Source of the DNA: Octopus bimaculoides
Taxonomy: Eukaryota
Length of the DNA: 64,000 bases
NCBI RefSeq assembly: GCF_001194135.2
Contig: NC_068982.1
Coordinates: forward strand, 37,464,004-37,528,003
Direction of reading: 5' to 3'
Shown piece after piece: positions 1-12,485 of this stretch; the stretch's first letter is position 1; the number at the start of each line of letters is the position of its first letter. Made by a program: the position numbers and the translations under genes. The notes beneath the pieces were generated by a model. It ran no database searches. It was not told where the DNA came from and was given only the letters and a program-made list of their open reading frames with translations.

Positions 1-250
1 ATGTTTGGATGTACGTACGTACATACGTATGTATATATGGCTGTACGTAGTGCCTACGTAAGTATGTATGGATGTACGTACGTGCCTACGTACGTATGCA
101 TGTATGTACGTACGGGCTTACGTAGTCATGTATGGATGTATCACGTACCTACGTACATATGTATGGATGTACGTACGTACCTACGTTCGTATGCATGGAT
201 TTACGTACGTACCTACGTATGTATGTATGGATGTATTACCTACCTACGTA
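1..250. repeat. Degenerate TACG/TATG/TGTA microsatellite-like array
   Basis: Continuous tacgtacg/tatgtatg units; the ORFs 1..309 and 68..346 are by-products of the repeat. Confidence 0.9.
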
Positions 251-439
251 TGTATCTTTTTTCAAATCAAACTCTACCATCATTTAGAAAATGTGTTACT
301 GAGTACTAGCGAAAAATTTTTACAAACACAGATACGCACAGCGTAATTTATTATATAAACAATACATGCCTATAAATTACCATTTTTCTGTAATTTTGTC
401 TGCTTCAAAAGAAAACAAACCAAAAAACCGAATGAAATA

Positions 440-660
440 TATCAACAAGGGATTAATACCATATACACCGCCACAGCAGTAACTGCATTCAGCTGAATAG
501 ACGTCAGTGATTGGTTGAAATTACAGAAATACGATAACTTTAACATGAAATAACTTGCGATGTACAATTTTTTGTTAAGAAGGCTAAGAGAAAAGTTGTT
601 TTATATGACACATTCTACCAGTTTCCCAAGTTTCAAAGTGTTTCGTTAAGAAAACAAGTG
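440..660 (+). mobile_element. Interspersed repeat segment shared with 27850-28070 (non-autonomous element, class uncertain)
   Basis: gtcagtgattggttgaaattacagaaatacgataactttaacatgaaataact...gacacattctaccagtttcccaagtttcaaagtgtttc (503-645) aligns by eye with 27908-28050. Confidence 0.75.
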
Positions 661-711
661 TTGCCCGTCAAACCAAAAGGATCCGCAGAGGAGGTGTGGC
701 TAGTTGCTTAC

Positions 712-890
712 CGGGTCCTAACTTCAAATGTTGTTCGTCTTCTGACTGCTCGTTGCCTTTGTGTTGTCTGCTGCTGTCCACCGTCTCCGTTGGTCAACTC
801 CTACAGAGTCTGTGAATGCTCTATCCGCTGCATCCCAAAGCTCTCTGTCTAGTGGTCCCGACGTACTCAGTTTATACTGGCCAATAGGTT
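712..890 (-). promoter_or_regulatory. Candidate promoter and non-coding first exon of a minus-strand gene running off the left edge
   Basis: Locally GC/CpG-richer; CCAAT at 881-885; minus-strand donor CCG|GTAAGC with GT at 711-710; no convincing ORF. Confidence 0.4.
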
Positions 891-1544
891 CAGAAGGAAG
901 CGCGTCAAAAAAAAAAAAAAAATGAATCGTTACTGGAGCCTCTCCGACGTGAGGTCGTGATTAGTCAAATTTTGTTGATCATGTGGGTAATATTCTAGTG
1001 AATTGTGATATCGGGCGATTGTTGAATATTCACGCTACACATATATATAACACGCATGTATATGATACATATATAATACGAAACCACGTTAAATACAAAT
1101 ACAAAATCGAAGAAAACACAAACATGAGCAAAGAAAGAAGAAAAAAAGAGAATGAAAGAAAGAAAAGACATCAATGCAACATAATTTATTTTCAAATATT
1201 AAATTCCTTTGAGTTCTTGTTTAGATTTTCTATTCTACTACTCTCTTATTAGAAGTAATTGATCAGTCACATTTACATAGCCACTATCGAGGGCAACGAA
1301 TACTATTTTCATCAAATTTCTCAAGGGCAAGAGCACATTGGTGAGTTACATTGGACAGTAGTTGTCAGTACCGTCTTAATGCATGGGCACACTGGGCAGT
1401 TACCTGACAGGTCCTCACAGACCTAGAGGACCGATTCTGGTTTAGTTTTGCTGTCAGTAAATACTGTTGGTCCAATACATTGAGTTGCTCAGGGGCCTAT
1501 AATGCCGTTAACTCTGGCTATGAAGGTATCCGGTAGTTCTGGTT

Positions 1545-2100
1545 TTACAGAAGCCATACTGGTGATCAGGTAGAAGAGAAATAAAAGGTTTTGGAGAAAA
1601 TTTTTTATTAACGGTTGTCTCTATAGCCTTTGAGATATTGGAAGCGAATACTACAGGACTCTGTGCTAAATATTTGCTATACTACAGGACTCTGTGCTAA
1701 ATGATTGTTATACTGGCAGGGTCAGTAGGTTTGTTCATTTTTAATAACGGAAAGGATTGTCAGATCTGCTGGTCTTGTTGGCTTGAAGCAACCAAAGGCA
1801 CTTTTGCTCTTAGTACGTATGTATGAATGGTGAGGAGCCCGATGGGGATGAAGAGATCACATTTGGGACAGATTTAGTAAGTGTATGCAATGTGAAGCTG
1901 GATGTAAAGTGAGCAACGGACGTAGAACCTTTCTCAGTAAAAGCATTACTCATAGAACCACTATGGTCCAGAAGCAGAGGAAAAGAGGATATCACATAAA
2001 TAGTAGGAACTGACTACACTTTGGAATGCAGGAGAGCTTGAGGGATTTGCAATGCACAGAGACATCCTTTGTAGTTTGGATGTTATTCTTATAAAATTAC
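1545..2100 (-). mobile_element. Decayed non-LTR retrotransposon RT fragment (non-RTE clade, CR1/Jockey-like)
   Basis: Minus-strand translation gives SNISKAIETTVNKK and LLPDHQYGFCKTRTTG, matching the LINE RT motif LSDxQYGFR; frameshifts and a 32-bp local duplication (1651-1703). Confidence 0.7.
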
Positions 2101-3894
2101 AGAACTAGGTAAGAGCCATCTTGTAACTGGTAGGGGCAGTTTAGCATAACACTATCGCAGGTTTAATCAGTCAGCTGGTGTGAAGACTGCATGAGTTGGG
2201 AGGTGAGAAGCGTTGTGTTATTTGTAGATGAATGTAATAAGTGGCCTCAATAGGGCAGTGGGCGACGATTATATCCTAATAGATGTTGGATTTGGGGCTG
2301 AAAAAGAGAGGATTCTTTACTGTGTTTACGCCAAAGATTCTTCTCTTATTAATTGAATGTTGAGCATTAAAATACAGATGAACTCTTGGCGAGTTGAGTA
2401 TACGACGCTTATATTTGTTTTATATTGTTTTGTTTTTAAACTTTCCGTTTATATACGATCGATTCAACATGTAAATAGAAAAGATATAACAATGCAAGGG
2501 AGTTAATAAAAAAATACTTTCTAAATAATTACTTCCCTTAGAATATTTATAGTTTAGTGAAGGAATTGTTAAAATGAGATGTTAAAAATATAAATAAAAA
2601 TAGAGGAGAATATTCGTCACAGTTACTGTTCTGAAATAGGAGTTGATTACTCAATATTCTTTTACCTGATAAAATAGGGTTGTAACATCTGTTAACTGTA
2701 CAACCAATGATAAGCTAAAGACCACGTTTTATATCTTAAAGAAATGATTGTGTATTAGCTGTCAACTAAATTACCAGTCTTTAAATCATCAAAAGCAAAA
2801 TATTTTTAATCAATTGAATTACTAATCAGTAAAGTAATTAATTCATAATCTATCTGTTAATTATTTATTCAGCTCTAGCAAAATCGTTTAGGAAGCTGCC
2901 AAACATTATGTTTTCTATTTTCCCTTGTTAAATAAATGCACTTTGATCTATCAAATGTATTTTTTTTATTTATATATTTCAATATTGTTTTACTTTCTTT
3001 CAATTAGTTCTTTGTTGAATATATACCAATTTTTCAATGAAACAAAGAATTTCTTATTCTGGTCGTAAAACAACAGGTCATGTACAAGTACCTATAATAA
3101 TAGGTAACATATGAATTATTAAAAAAAAAAAAAAACATATAGTCAAATACACAACTAAACCCCAGGACTTACAAATATGCAGCAGATACAGAAAATTGCA
3201 CTACTAGCCACTACATGCATATTACATAGAGTGCTTTTGCTAATATAGAAAACAGAAAACCAAAACGAAACACTGCACATAGTGCTGAACACTTTCTTCA
3301 TTATAGCAATAATGATGACAATGACAATGATGATGATTGCAGCAGCAGTATTGGAAGTAATGACAGTAATGGTGGTAGAGGTGGTGATCTTGTTTTAGAA
3401 GAATTCCTTTTCATTTTTATTTTATTTATTTCTTTTTTGTTTTGTTGATTTAGCATGAGAGATTATTTCATTCTTATTCTATTTCTTTGTATAAGCACGC
3501 TTATATACATGCAGATATTGGCCTGCATATGATCAGTTTAGACATCAGCCATATCAATCTGACCAGTCTAAGAGAGCCAACAAAAGTCATGAACACTGCA
3601 TCAAGCTCTCAAAATATATGTGCATGCAACCCCCTCCTCACAGTCTTCAGTCACGTTTTGTCTTCACTCATATAAAATTTCTGTTTTGCTAATATTGTAA
3701 TAGGTGGAGTGACATTGTTACCAATCCTATGTAGTGACATTTCTCATTGCTCATTAAACAAGTAACCTAATTATGTTCTCAAAGCTCTATTTACCTTGTA
3801 ATTACATTATCATGGTGCCATGCCATAGACTATTTTGGCGTCTGAAACTATTCTGCAAATTCATATTATTTATTTTTTAGTCCTCCACACCATC

Positions 3895-4760
3895 ACAGAA
3901 GAGTTAAAAACTGGTTGTCTCTAGGAGCTGTTAATGCAAGTGACCTACTACTTATTAGCAGAATCTGTGAAAGCTTTAGAGAAGAAATTGCAGATGTGGA
4001 AACAAAACATAGAACTGAGTGACATTAGAGTAAATTTAGTGAAGACTGAAGTTTTACTAAGTAGAAAAGAAGACGGGACACTGCTACCATCAGGGAAAGA
4101 GCCATACTCAATTTTCAGAAAAAGAGTAGGTTGAATTCCAAATGGTTTATTCAGTGTGAACTATAGATGCATGAGAGATTAAATGAAATCATAGGCCAAC
4201 TGACAGTCAAAAGATTTTGTATGCGACAGATACACAGAAGTAGTTAGCAATCACTGCAGCAGTGACATAAGGTATTTTCAATGGTCAGAAAATCCCTTAG
4301 AAACAGTTGATAGCTTGTTACTGATGTAACCTAAACAGTAGTGGAAGAGGATACTCTGACAGCATAGTAACCAGAGTAAGAACGAGGTGGAAAATGTTTA
4401 TTATTTCTATTAGCAACAAAGGGGTTCTTCCTTTGAGTGAAGAGTAGATTACATGATGCTTCTGTATGAAGTGTGACATGCTGTGATAGTAAGACATGTA
4501 TGCTATGATAGTAAGACATGGGCGTTGAATACAGAGGATGTAAAAATTCTGAGAAGAAATGAAGTGAGTATGCTCCACAAGATGTGTAATGCTGGTGTGT
4601 ATGAATGATGAAGCACAAATGAACTGAAAAGAAACATGATATAAGAGAATTCAAATACAGTCTGCAATGTAATGTTTTTGAACGATGAAAATTAAGTAAA
4701 GAAATGCTGGGGGATGCAAATGGAAGGAAACTGCACGAAAAGAAAACTGAAGAAGACTAG
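3895..4760 (+). mobile_element. RTE-clade LINE remnant (RT C-terminal half)
   Basis: Degenerate GCPWELL(Y)ADDL region followed by AESVKALEKKLQMWKQNIE...RVNLVKTEVL; many stops and frameshifts. Confidence 0.85.
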
Positions 4761-5443
4761 TCTTAAATAACAAACAAGTACATTTCCCTTGAAACTTTTT
4801 CAATTTTTTTTTTTCAGTTCTAAACAAAATTGCTCAACTTAAATTTAAATTTGTAGAATCTTTTTTCTATTTTTTAAGAGAGCTGCGAGTTCTTGAATTT
4901 ATTTAAATATGTAACAGAAATAACATTGAATAATGTTTATACTTTTCTTAAGGGCTATTGAAATGATTGACTATTAACAATTTTCTGAAATGATGGACAG
5001 ATGTGATAGAAGCTGACCTCAGGATGCTAAACCTCATGAAAGCAATGCGAAAGGAATGCAACAAGTGGTGAAACATTGCCTTGAAGGAGTACCAAGTATG
5101 GAAAAGTGGACATAGAAGTTATGATAATAATGTCATAAATACATTTTATTATTCATATTAGTGGTAAACTTGGGTTTAGTCAACTATTTTCTTCACGATG
5201 AAAAGAAAAAAAAACAGAAAGAAAGAAAACTATCTTGGAAAGCTGTAGTCTAGGCCTGAATCACCCAGAAAGTAACAAGGATTACATTGCTCTAAAGATA
5301 AATGAATGCTACATCTAAATAAGGTAAATTAATATTTAAATTCTACAGTTTTAAAAACGATGGGATGGTCAAGCTTAGCACACTTTAGATCAGAAATCTA
5401 CTTGAGTAAAGTTGTGGGACTAAATTATCAGTAAATGATTTAA

Positions 5444-5668
5444 CCCTTTAGCACTTAAAATAGAACCAGCCATATCCAGCCCAAATATTCTACCTGTTTT
5501 ATGTTCAAACTGTCAAAATCTGGCCTCTCACATCTATGATACATGTCATTCAAAAAATACTCAATCACATCATTGAAATCTGAAAGTTACAAGATAATGC
5601 ATGATAAATTCAGAACAATGAAAATTAATAAGTATTAAATTTGACAGAGTAATCTGAATGCTAAAGGG
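5444..5668. mobile_element. TTAA-flanked MITE (piggyBac-like), 225 bp
   Basis: TIRs CCCTTTAGCA...TGCTAAAGGG with TTAA at 5440-5443 and 5669-5672; further copies at 24408-25549 and 37408-37572. Confidence 0.9.
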
Positions 5669-5772
5669 TTAAAATATTTCTATTTTTAATTGCTAATATT
5701 GTATCTGAAGGGAGAATTTTACTTTTGATTGGCAATTTGATTTTGATTTTTATAAACTATTTTAATAGTCAA

Positions 5773-6430
5773 TGTGAATACCCGTCAGAGTGTAAGTATC
5801 TTGAGAGAAAAGCTGAACATTAGAAGCATCAGTTGTGGTGTGCAAGAGAGACGATTGCGCTGGTATGGACATGTGGTGAGAATGGATGAGGATAGCTGCG
5901 TGAAAAAGTGCCACACCCTAACAGTTGAGGGAACCCGTGGAAGAGGTAGGCCCAGGAAGACCTGGGCTGAGGTGGTGAGGCAAGACCTTCGTACATTGGG
6001 CCTCACCGAGGCGATGACTACTGACCGAGACCTTTGGAAATGTGCTGTGCGTGNNNNNNNNNNNNNNNNNNNNNNNNNNNNNNNNNNNNNNNNNNNNNNN
6101 NNNNNNNNNNNNNNNNNNNNNNNNNNNNNNNNNNNNNNNNNNNNNNNNNNNNNNNNNNNNNNNNNNNNNNNNNNNNNNNNNNNNNNNNNNNNNNNNNNNN
6201 NNNNNNNNNNNNNNNNNNNNNNNNNNNNNNNNTTTAGTGCGGGTGACACGTAAAAGCACCCATTACACTCTCTGAGTGGTTGGCGTTAGGAAGGGCATCC
6301 AGCTGTAGAAACTCTGCCAAATTAGATTGGAGCCTGGTGTTGCCATCCGGTTTCACCAGTCCTCAGTCAAATCGTCCAACCCATGCTAGCATGGAAAGCG
6401 GACGTTAAACGATGATGATGATGATGATGA
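5773..6430 (+). mobile_element. 5'-truncated RTE LINE (ORF end, 3'UTR, (GAT)n tail), gapped
   Basis: REKLNIRSISCGVQERRLRWYGHVVRMDEDSCVKKC...RGRGRPRKTW; 3' end gcatggaaagcggacgttaaacgatgatgat; nearly identical to 10570-11427. Confidence 0.95.
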
Positions 6431-7119
6431 TCTTTTCTAAAAATGAAAGAAAAAAAAAAAAAACGCAGCGAACCAAAAGATCACATATGACTCAGAGACA
6501 TGTTTGTGTGTCTATTGATATGGGCATGGCTTTAAACTGCATCTGGTAGTGGGCCCTGATATAGGAGTTCCAGGGTTTTGAGTAGTGTGGAGTTACCACT
6601 CAGTCACTCTTGTACCCAAAGTAGTGAGCCAGAGTAGTAGTAGCTGTTAGGGTCCTAGCAATGGGCTAACTAGCATATGAACCACTGGGAGTGAAAGATC
6701 CCTAGTTCTCATCAGAATTTCCTTCTAGGAGAAGGTGAACTTGTATAAAAACCCTAAGTATAATTGGTTTCTGGTCATTTCAACCTTTAGTGTGTCATTG
6801 GTTTAATGGCTGATTGCACTGAAAAGTGAATTCAGTTCTGTGCAACACTCAAAACAAATTCGCACATAGGAACTTCTGGGACTTTTGGAACATTTGCAGG
6901 GATTTACGAAGTTTAAGAAGGGGGTCTTACTCAGTCATGAGTTGACTTCCACTATGTATTGTACATAAAGAGCTGAAATGATAACCAGAAAGCAATCTAG
7001 TGCAGCATTGTTAGTGACCAGATCAGTTTCAACAGTCTTTGTGTGTTTCTGGATGGCTAATATATCTCCTCCACACTGTAATCTATCGAACATTCTACCA
7101 AACTCTGCCAGTTGAATGC

Positions 7120-7123
<4 letters not shown>

Positions 7124-7185
<62 letters not shown>

Positions 7186-7210
7186 TATATATATACATAT
7201 ATGTATATAC
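7124..7210. repeat. (TA)n/(CA)n microsatellite
   Basis: Direct reading; many other such arrays occur in the window, often inside SINEs. Confidence 0.95.
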
Positions 7211-7679
7211 AGAGCTGTGTGTAAGTCCGTTAATCTGTTAATTGTGAATTAATGAAGTTATAGGAAAGTGGGTTATACATCATTAGATGTACACCACTTT
7301 CCTATATAAAATTAGAATATAATGGAACGCTGAACTCCAGACTATCAACTTAAACAACATTTATTCAGGTGGTAAATATATACATCTTTAGCTCTTGTTT
7401 GTTGTTACAGCTTCTGTGTGTGTGAGCATTGTTGTTGGGACGTTGGTATGTAGATGTAAGCGAGCTGTCGAGCGTAAGTTCGAAAGATGAAGAGAGACAG
7501 CTAAACACGTCCATGCTCAATCGCTGGCCAGCAAGAAAGAGACAGAATGAAGCGGGAAAGCTTGCTTGTTGAATTCCACGCATGCGTGAGACTACGCATG
7601 CGCACAGCGTTACTACAAAGTTATCATTTTCGTTAACAATTTAACTTTTAAGTTAACTTTGAAAATCATTATGAGACTA

Positions 7680-7930
7680 ATTAGCTTCTGTTAACTCAAG
7701 TTCATTAACCCAAAACTCATCTACTGCAGCCCCTTGGTCAATGCAGTTTTGGCAGGCATCGACAAAAGATTTGCGACCCTCCTGGATGATGAGGAATGCC
7801 AACTGGCTGCTGCCTTCCACCCCAGGTTTCACCTCATTTGGTTGGATAGGTATAATAGCACCAAGTTCACCAGGGTGAGGAGAAGCATGAGGGATAAGGT
7901 TGAGGAGGCCATGAACTCTAAGCAAAAATA
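7680..7930 (+). mobile_element. hAT transposase remnant
   Basis: AVLAGIDKRFATLLDDEECQLAAAFHPRFHLIWL matches the hAT motif RF...lAa.lhPrFkl.wl. The upstream 7220-7660 segment (gttaac/ttaacttt repeats) may be its deleted 5' end. Confidence 0.7.
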
Positions 7931-8159
7931 ATATACAGTTTTGGGTTCTAAAGCCCTCAAAAAGGCTTAAAAAGCTGATTTTATAGTTTGGGCACTTTTT
8001 AACCCTTTAGTGTTTAAACCAGCCAAAACCTGTTGTATCTAATTCCTCTACAAAATCTTCTGAAAAAATAAACAAATTATGGTAGTGAATTCTCGCAGCT
8101 TTGAGATTATGAGGGCTTTTCTTCCAAAAAGCACAGAACTAGAAGAAAAGCAGAGCATG

Positions 8160-8505
8160 AACACACAGAACAACCATTGGCTTGCTGTGTCTCCAAAACA
8201 TGTACCAGGAGTGATAAAAATCAAACATCCAGTCAACATCATGGTGTTTGGAGTGATCACTAGTGATGATGATGTTATGCTTCCATTCATCTTCCATACA
8301 GCCTCAGACTCAACACAGAGAGGCCTACATCAAGTGTCTGGAGGAGGTAGTGCTGCCCTCGGTCAAGTGGGTGGCTGCTGGAAGACCCTATGTCTGGCAA
8401 CAGGGCTCTGTACCATACCACACAAGCAGGAGAATCCAGTCATGGCTGTCAGACAATTTCTGCGATTACATCACCCCTAACATCTGGCCACCTAACTCCT
8501 TTTGA
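8160..8505 (+). mobile_element. Tc1/mariner-superfamily transposase remnant (DD37D/maT-like)
   Basis: KHPVNIMVFGVITSDDDVMLPFIF, then after a frameshift EAYIKCLEEVVLP...GRPYVWQQGSVPYHTSRRIQSWLSDNFCDYITPNIWPPNS. Confidence 0.85.
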
Positions 8506-8724
8506 CTCTACACAAATCTTGATTTATTTATTTTCTCATTTATTTTATGTAGAAAAGTATAATTAATCAAATTAATTTCAATATGTTATAAATATCTATT
8601 TTATTGATCTGTAAGCTATTTGAATTCAGAATAATTGAACCAATTATAATTCATCTGACATGACCTTATATTTTCTTTGTTATTTTGGCAACTCTAAGAT
8701 TATTTCAAATTGAATGATATGTAA

Positions 8725-8930
8725 TAATGGTTTCGAATTTTAGCACAAAGCCAGCAGTTTTAGGGAAGGGTGTTAAGTTGATTACATCAATCCCAGTGCT
8801 CAACTGGTACTTATTTTACCAACATTAAAATGATGACATGCAAAATCAACCTCAGCAGAATTTGAACATAGAATGTAATGCTCAGCAGCATTTTGTGTGC
8901 TCATGATTCTGCCAGTTTGCCACCTTAGAA
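8725..8930 (-). mobile_element. tRNA-derived SINE, family B (reverse copy of the 49828-50045 type)
   Basis: Reverse complement aligns with aaggcagcaagctggtagaatcgttagc...aagtaccagttgaacactgggg...aaaatttgaaacc. Confidence 0.8.
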
Positions 8931-9039
8931 TGGTATGCAATAATATAACATAATGAGGTTTAGTTTTGAATATTTTAGAGCAATGTTTTCCAAAGTGTGC
9001 TCTGCATTAAAAGAAGAAAAAAAACATTCTCAGGGAGCT

Positions 9040-9205
9040 GCAGGAGTGCCTGTGTGGTAAGAAGTTTGCTTCCCAACCACATGGTCCGGGTTCAGTCCAA
9101 CTGCATGGCACCTTGAGCAAGTGTCTTCTACTATAGCCTAGGATTGACCAAAGCACTGTGAGTGGATTTGGTAGACGTAAACTAAAAGAAGCCTGTCATA
9201 TATAT
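9040..9205 (+). mobile_element. tRNA-derived SINE, family A, 5' part
   Basis: gcaggagtg.ctgtgtggtaagaagtttgcttcccaaccacatgg..ccgggttcagtcc head with A/B-box-like motifs; many copies in the window. Confidence 0.85.
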
Positions 9206-9208
9206 ATT

Positions 9209-11427
9209 TTGCAGGGAACACTGATGGGGTTGGGGGCGTAGGAATACTTCTAGAAGAGAAATGGGTTGATAAGGTAATCGAGGTAGTCAGAGTATGTGAC
9301 AGAGTACTTAAGATTAGACTAGTGCTTCATCATAGGTTAGCTACCGTCATCTTAGCCTATGCCCCTCAACCGGGGCTACTGGATGGGCTGAAAGACCAAT
9401 TCTATGACACCCTCTTGCAAACTACCTCGTCAGCGAGTGACAGGGACCTTCTCTTTGTGGCTGGTGACTTCAATGGTCATGTCGGACCTCATGCTGGAGG
9501 CTTCCATGGCACACATGGAGGCTTCCATGGCATACATGGAGGCTATGGCTTCGGTTCCCGCAATGAGGAGGGGACCAGACTGCTGGAGTTCTGTGATGCA
9601 ACCGATCTTATGGTTTGCAATACCAACTTCAGGTAATCTGCCTGTCACCTAGTTACCTACCGATCCGGCAGACACTCTAGCCAAATCGACTACATCCTCG
9701 CCAGAAATAGAGAAAGAGGGCGGCTTATAAATGCCAAAACCTTCCCTGGCGAAGAATGTACCCCTCAACACAGATTAGTNNNNNNNNNNNNNNNNNNNNN
9801 NNNNNNNNNNNNNNNNNNNNNNNNNNNNNNNNNNNNNNNNNNNNNNNNNNNNNNNNNNNNNNNNNNNNNNNNNNNNNNNNNNNNNNNNNNNNNNNNNNNN
9901 NNNNNNNNNNNNNNNNNNNNNNNNNNNNNNNNNNNNNNNNNNNNNNNNNNNNNNNNNNNNNNNNNNNNNNNNNNNNNNNNNNNNNNNNNNNNNNNNNNNN
10001 NNNNNNNNGTGGAAGCTTAAAGACCCTGCAAATGGACGGAGATTTAGAGACATGTAGATAAAACACAAACCCCTTCAGGTAGATGGCCCTGCTCAATATG
10101 TAGAAAAGGTGTAGGTAGTAACTCTATAAGATGTACCCAGTGCAAGCTATGGACACATAAGAGGTGCAGCAATATTAAAGGCAGGTTAACTAGGAAGTTA
10201 GTTTTTGTATGTGGCAGATGTTCAGGTGCAATAAACACTGTAAACAAACAGGAAACAACTTCTGTCTCATTCCAGGGAGAAAAACTAGAGGTAGTTGATA
10301 GCTTCCGCTATCTGGGTGACCAAGTTAGTAGTGGGGGTGGGTGCGCTGAAAGTGTAGCTGCTAGAATAAGAATAGCCTGGGCAAAGTTCAGAGTGCTCTC
10401 ACTTCCGCTGGCGACAAAGGGATTCTCATTCAGAGTAAAAAGCAGACTGTATGACGCATGTGTACGAGCAGCCATACTACATGGCAGTGAAACATGGGCT
10501 GTGACTGCTGAGGACATGCGTAAGCTCGCAAGGAATGAAGCCAGTATGCTCCGATGGATGAGTAATGTCAGTATGCATAACCGACAGTGTGTAAGTATCT
10601 TGAGAGAAAAGTTGAACATAAGAAGCATCAGTTGTGGTGTGCAAGAGAGACGATTGCGCTGGTATGGACATGTGGCGAGAATGGACAAGGATAGCTGCGT
10701 GAAAAAGTGCCACACCCTAACAGTTGAGGGAACCCGTGGAAGAGGTAGGCCCAGGAAGACCTGGGCTGAGGTGGTGAGGCAAGACCTTCGAACATTGGGC
10801 CTCACTGAGGCGATGACTTCTGACCGAGACCTTTGGAAATATGCTGTGCGTGAGAAGACCCGGCAAGCCAAGTGAGACCTAAATCCAAGGTTTCTGCCAG
10901 GGGTGTTGCCAGCCCACTTATGCGTAACTTTCCTTCATTGGACACTAAACTCCGCTGGCGAAGACCTGTTGAGGCAAGTGAAATCGAAACCGAACTAAAT
11001 TCGACGACTGGCACCCATGCCAATGTCATCTCCTTCATTGGACACAAAACTCAGCTTGCGAAGACTTATTGGGGAAAGCAAAAGCGAAATCGGGATGGCA
11101 CCTTTGCCCAGCGTCGCCTTTCTGGCACTTGTGCCATGGCATGTGTAAGGACTTTCGAGTGAGATCGTTGCCAGTGCCCTTGGACTGGCTCTTGTGCGGG
11201 TGGCACATAAAATACACCATTTTGAGCGTGGCCGTTGCCAGTACCACCTGACTGGCCTTTGTGCCGGTGGCACGTAAAAGCACCCACTACACTCTCAGAG
11301 TGGTTGGTGTTAGGAAGGGCATCCAGCTGTAGAAACTCTGCCAAATCAGATTGGAGCCTGGTGTATCCATCTGGTTTCACCAGTCCTCAGTCAAATCGTC
11401 CAACCCATGCTAGCATGGAAAGCGGAC
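9209..11427 (+). mobile_element. RTE LINE with APE endonuclease, PHD-like finger, ORF C-terminus and 3'UTR; RT core internally deleted
   Basis: EN motifs AYAPQ, VAGDFNGHVG, QIDYIL; in-frame TAA at about 9634; WKLKDPANGRRFRD joined directly to VDKTQTPSGRWPCSIC at about 10052; ORF ends 10875; (GAT)n tail. Confidence 0.92.
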
Positions 11428-11449
11428 GTTAAACAATGATGATGATATA

Positions 11450-11665
11450 TGAATGCATTTGTGTGTCAGTGTTTGTCTCCCCACCATCACTTGACAACTG
11501 ATGTTGGTGTGTTTACCTCCCTGTAACTTAGCAGTTTGGCAAAATAAACCAATAGAATAAGTATTAGGCTTACAAAGAATAAGTCCTGGGGTCAATTTGT
11601 TTGACTAAAGGCAGTGCTCCAGCATCGCTGCAGTCAAATGACTGAAACAAGTATAAGAATAAGAA
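11450..11665 (+). mobile_element. SINE family A, 3' half
   Basis: cttgacaactgatgttggtgtgtttac...gcagtgctccagcat...cagtcaaatgactgaaacaagta. Confidence 0.85.
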
Positions 11666-12437
11666 TAAAAAAGTTATGAATTAGCTATTTTTTAATAAAA
11701 TTTCAGAATTCTTTCTAAAACAAAAATGGAATATGCAATTTTCAAAATAGTAAGTTATTTTTTACATTTTTTTGTTGGTTTTGTTTGTTTTTTTCCTGTT
11801 AATAAATTCTTTCTCTGAAATAATTTTGGTTTCATTAAGGTGGCAGAGGTGTTTTGTAAGCATAGGTTTCATGACTTTGGGAAAATCATATCAGTTTCTG
11901 CAACAAAATAAATTTGAGAACCATTGCTTTGGAGTGCTACTATCACTTTCTAGGTTCACAGTTTTAAATGTTGTTGCAGATCTTTTACTATTATGTTAAA
12001 TATATAAAATTTATATTTCTCAATTTGCCTCCATGTATCACACTGAAAAAACAATTACCCCTGATTAGAGCTAGCAAAATAGAACACTTTATCCAAGACA
12101 TAAATATACAAATGTGAATGCTGTCTTCAGTCTCTGCAACCTGGATGCAAGAGTCCAATGGCTTTACCAAAATTAGAAACATAGAGACAAAGTACTGAAG
12201 TTTAGTATCGTAGGGATTTTACTGTTTGCTAAACAAATAAACTTCATACGTTTTCAAATGAAAGGATTCAGTACATTTCGTCCCCTAAAGCATTATTGAG
12301 TCAATCAATGAGGAAGTCCAAACTTATTGCCCAGTTTCGCAAGCATTCCTCAAGACATTAAAGGAATTGTAATATCAAAGAGGAATAATCAAAACCAGCC
12401 CTTGTTCTCTTTACATTCTCACCTCTTATTCTAAATT

Positions 12438-12485
12438 CGCTGATGCATTATGGGATTCAATCGGGGAAGGTGACCGCCATAACTG
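12438..12485 (+). promoter_or_regulatory. Candidate promoter of the THAP exon, with a Staf/ZNF143-like site and a partial YY1-like site
   Basis: Reverse complement of 12438-12457 is aatcccataatgcatcagcg (Staf/ZNF143 consensus TxCCCATAATGCA); ccgccat at 12474-12480; 100-150 bp upstream of the ATG. Confidence 0.55.
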
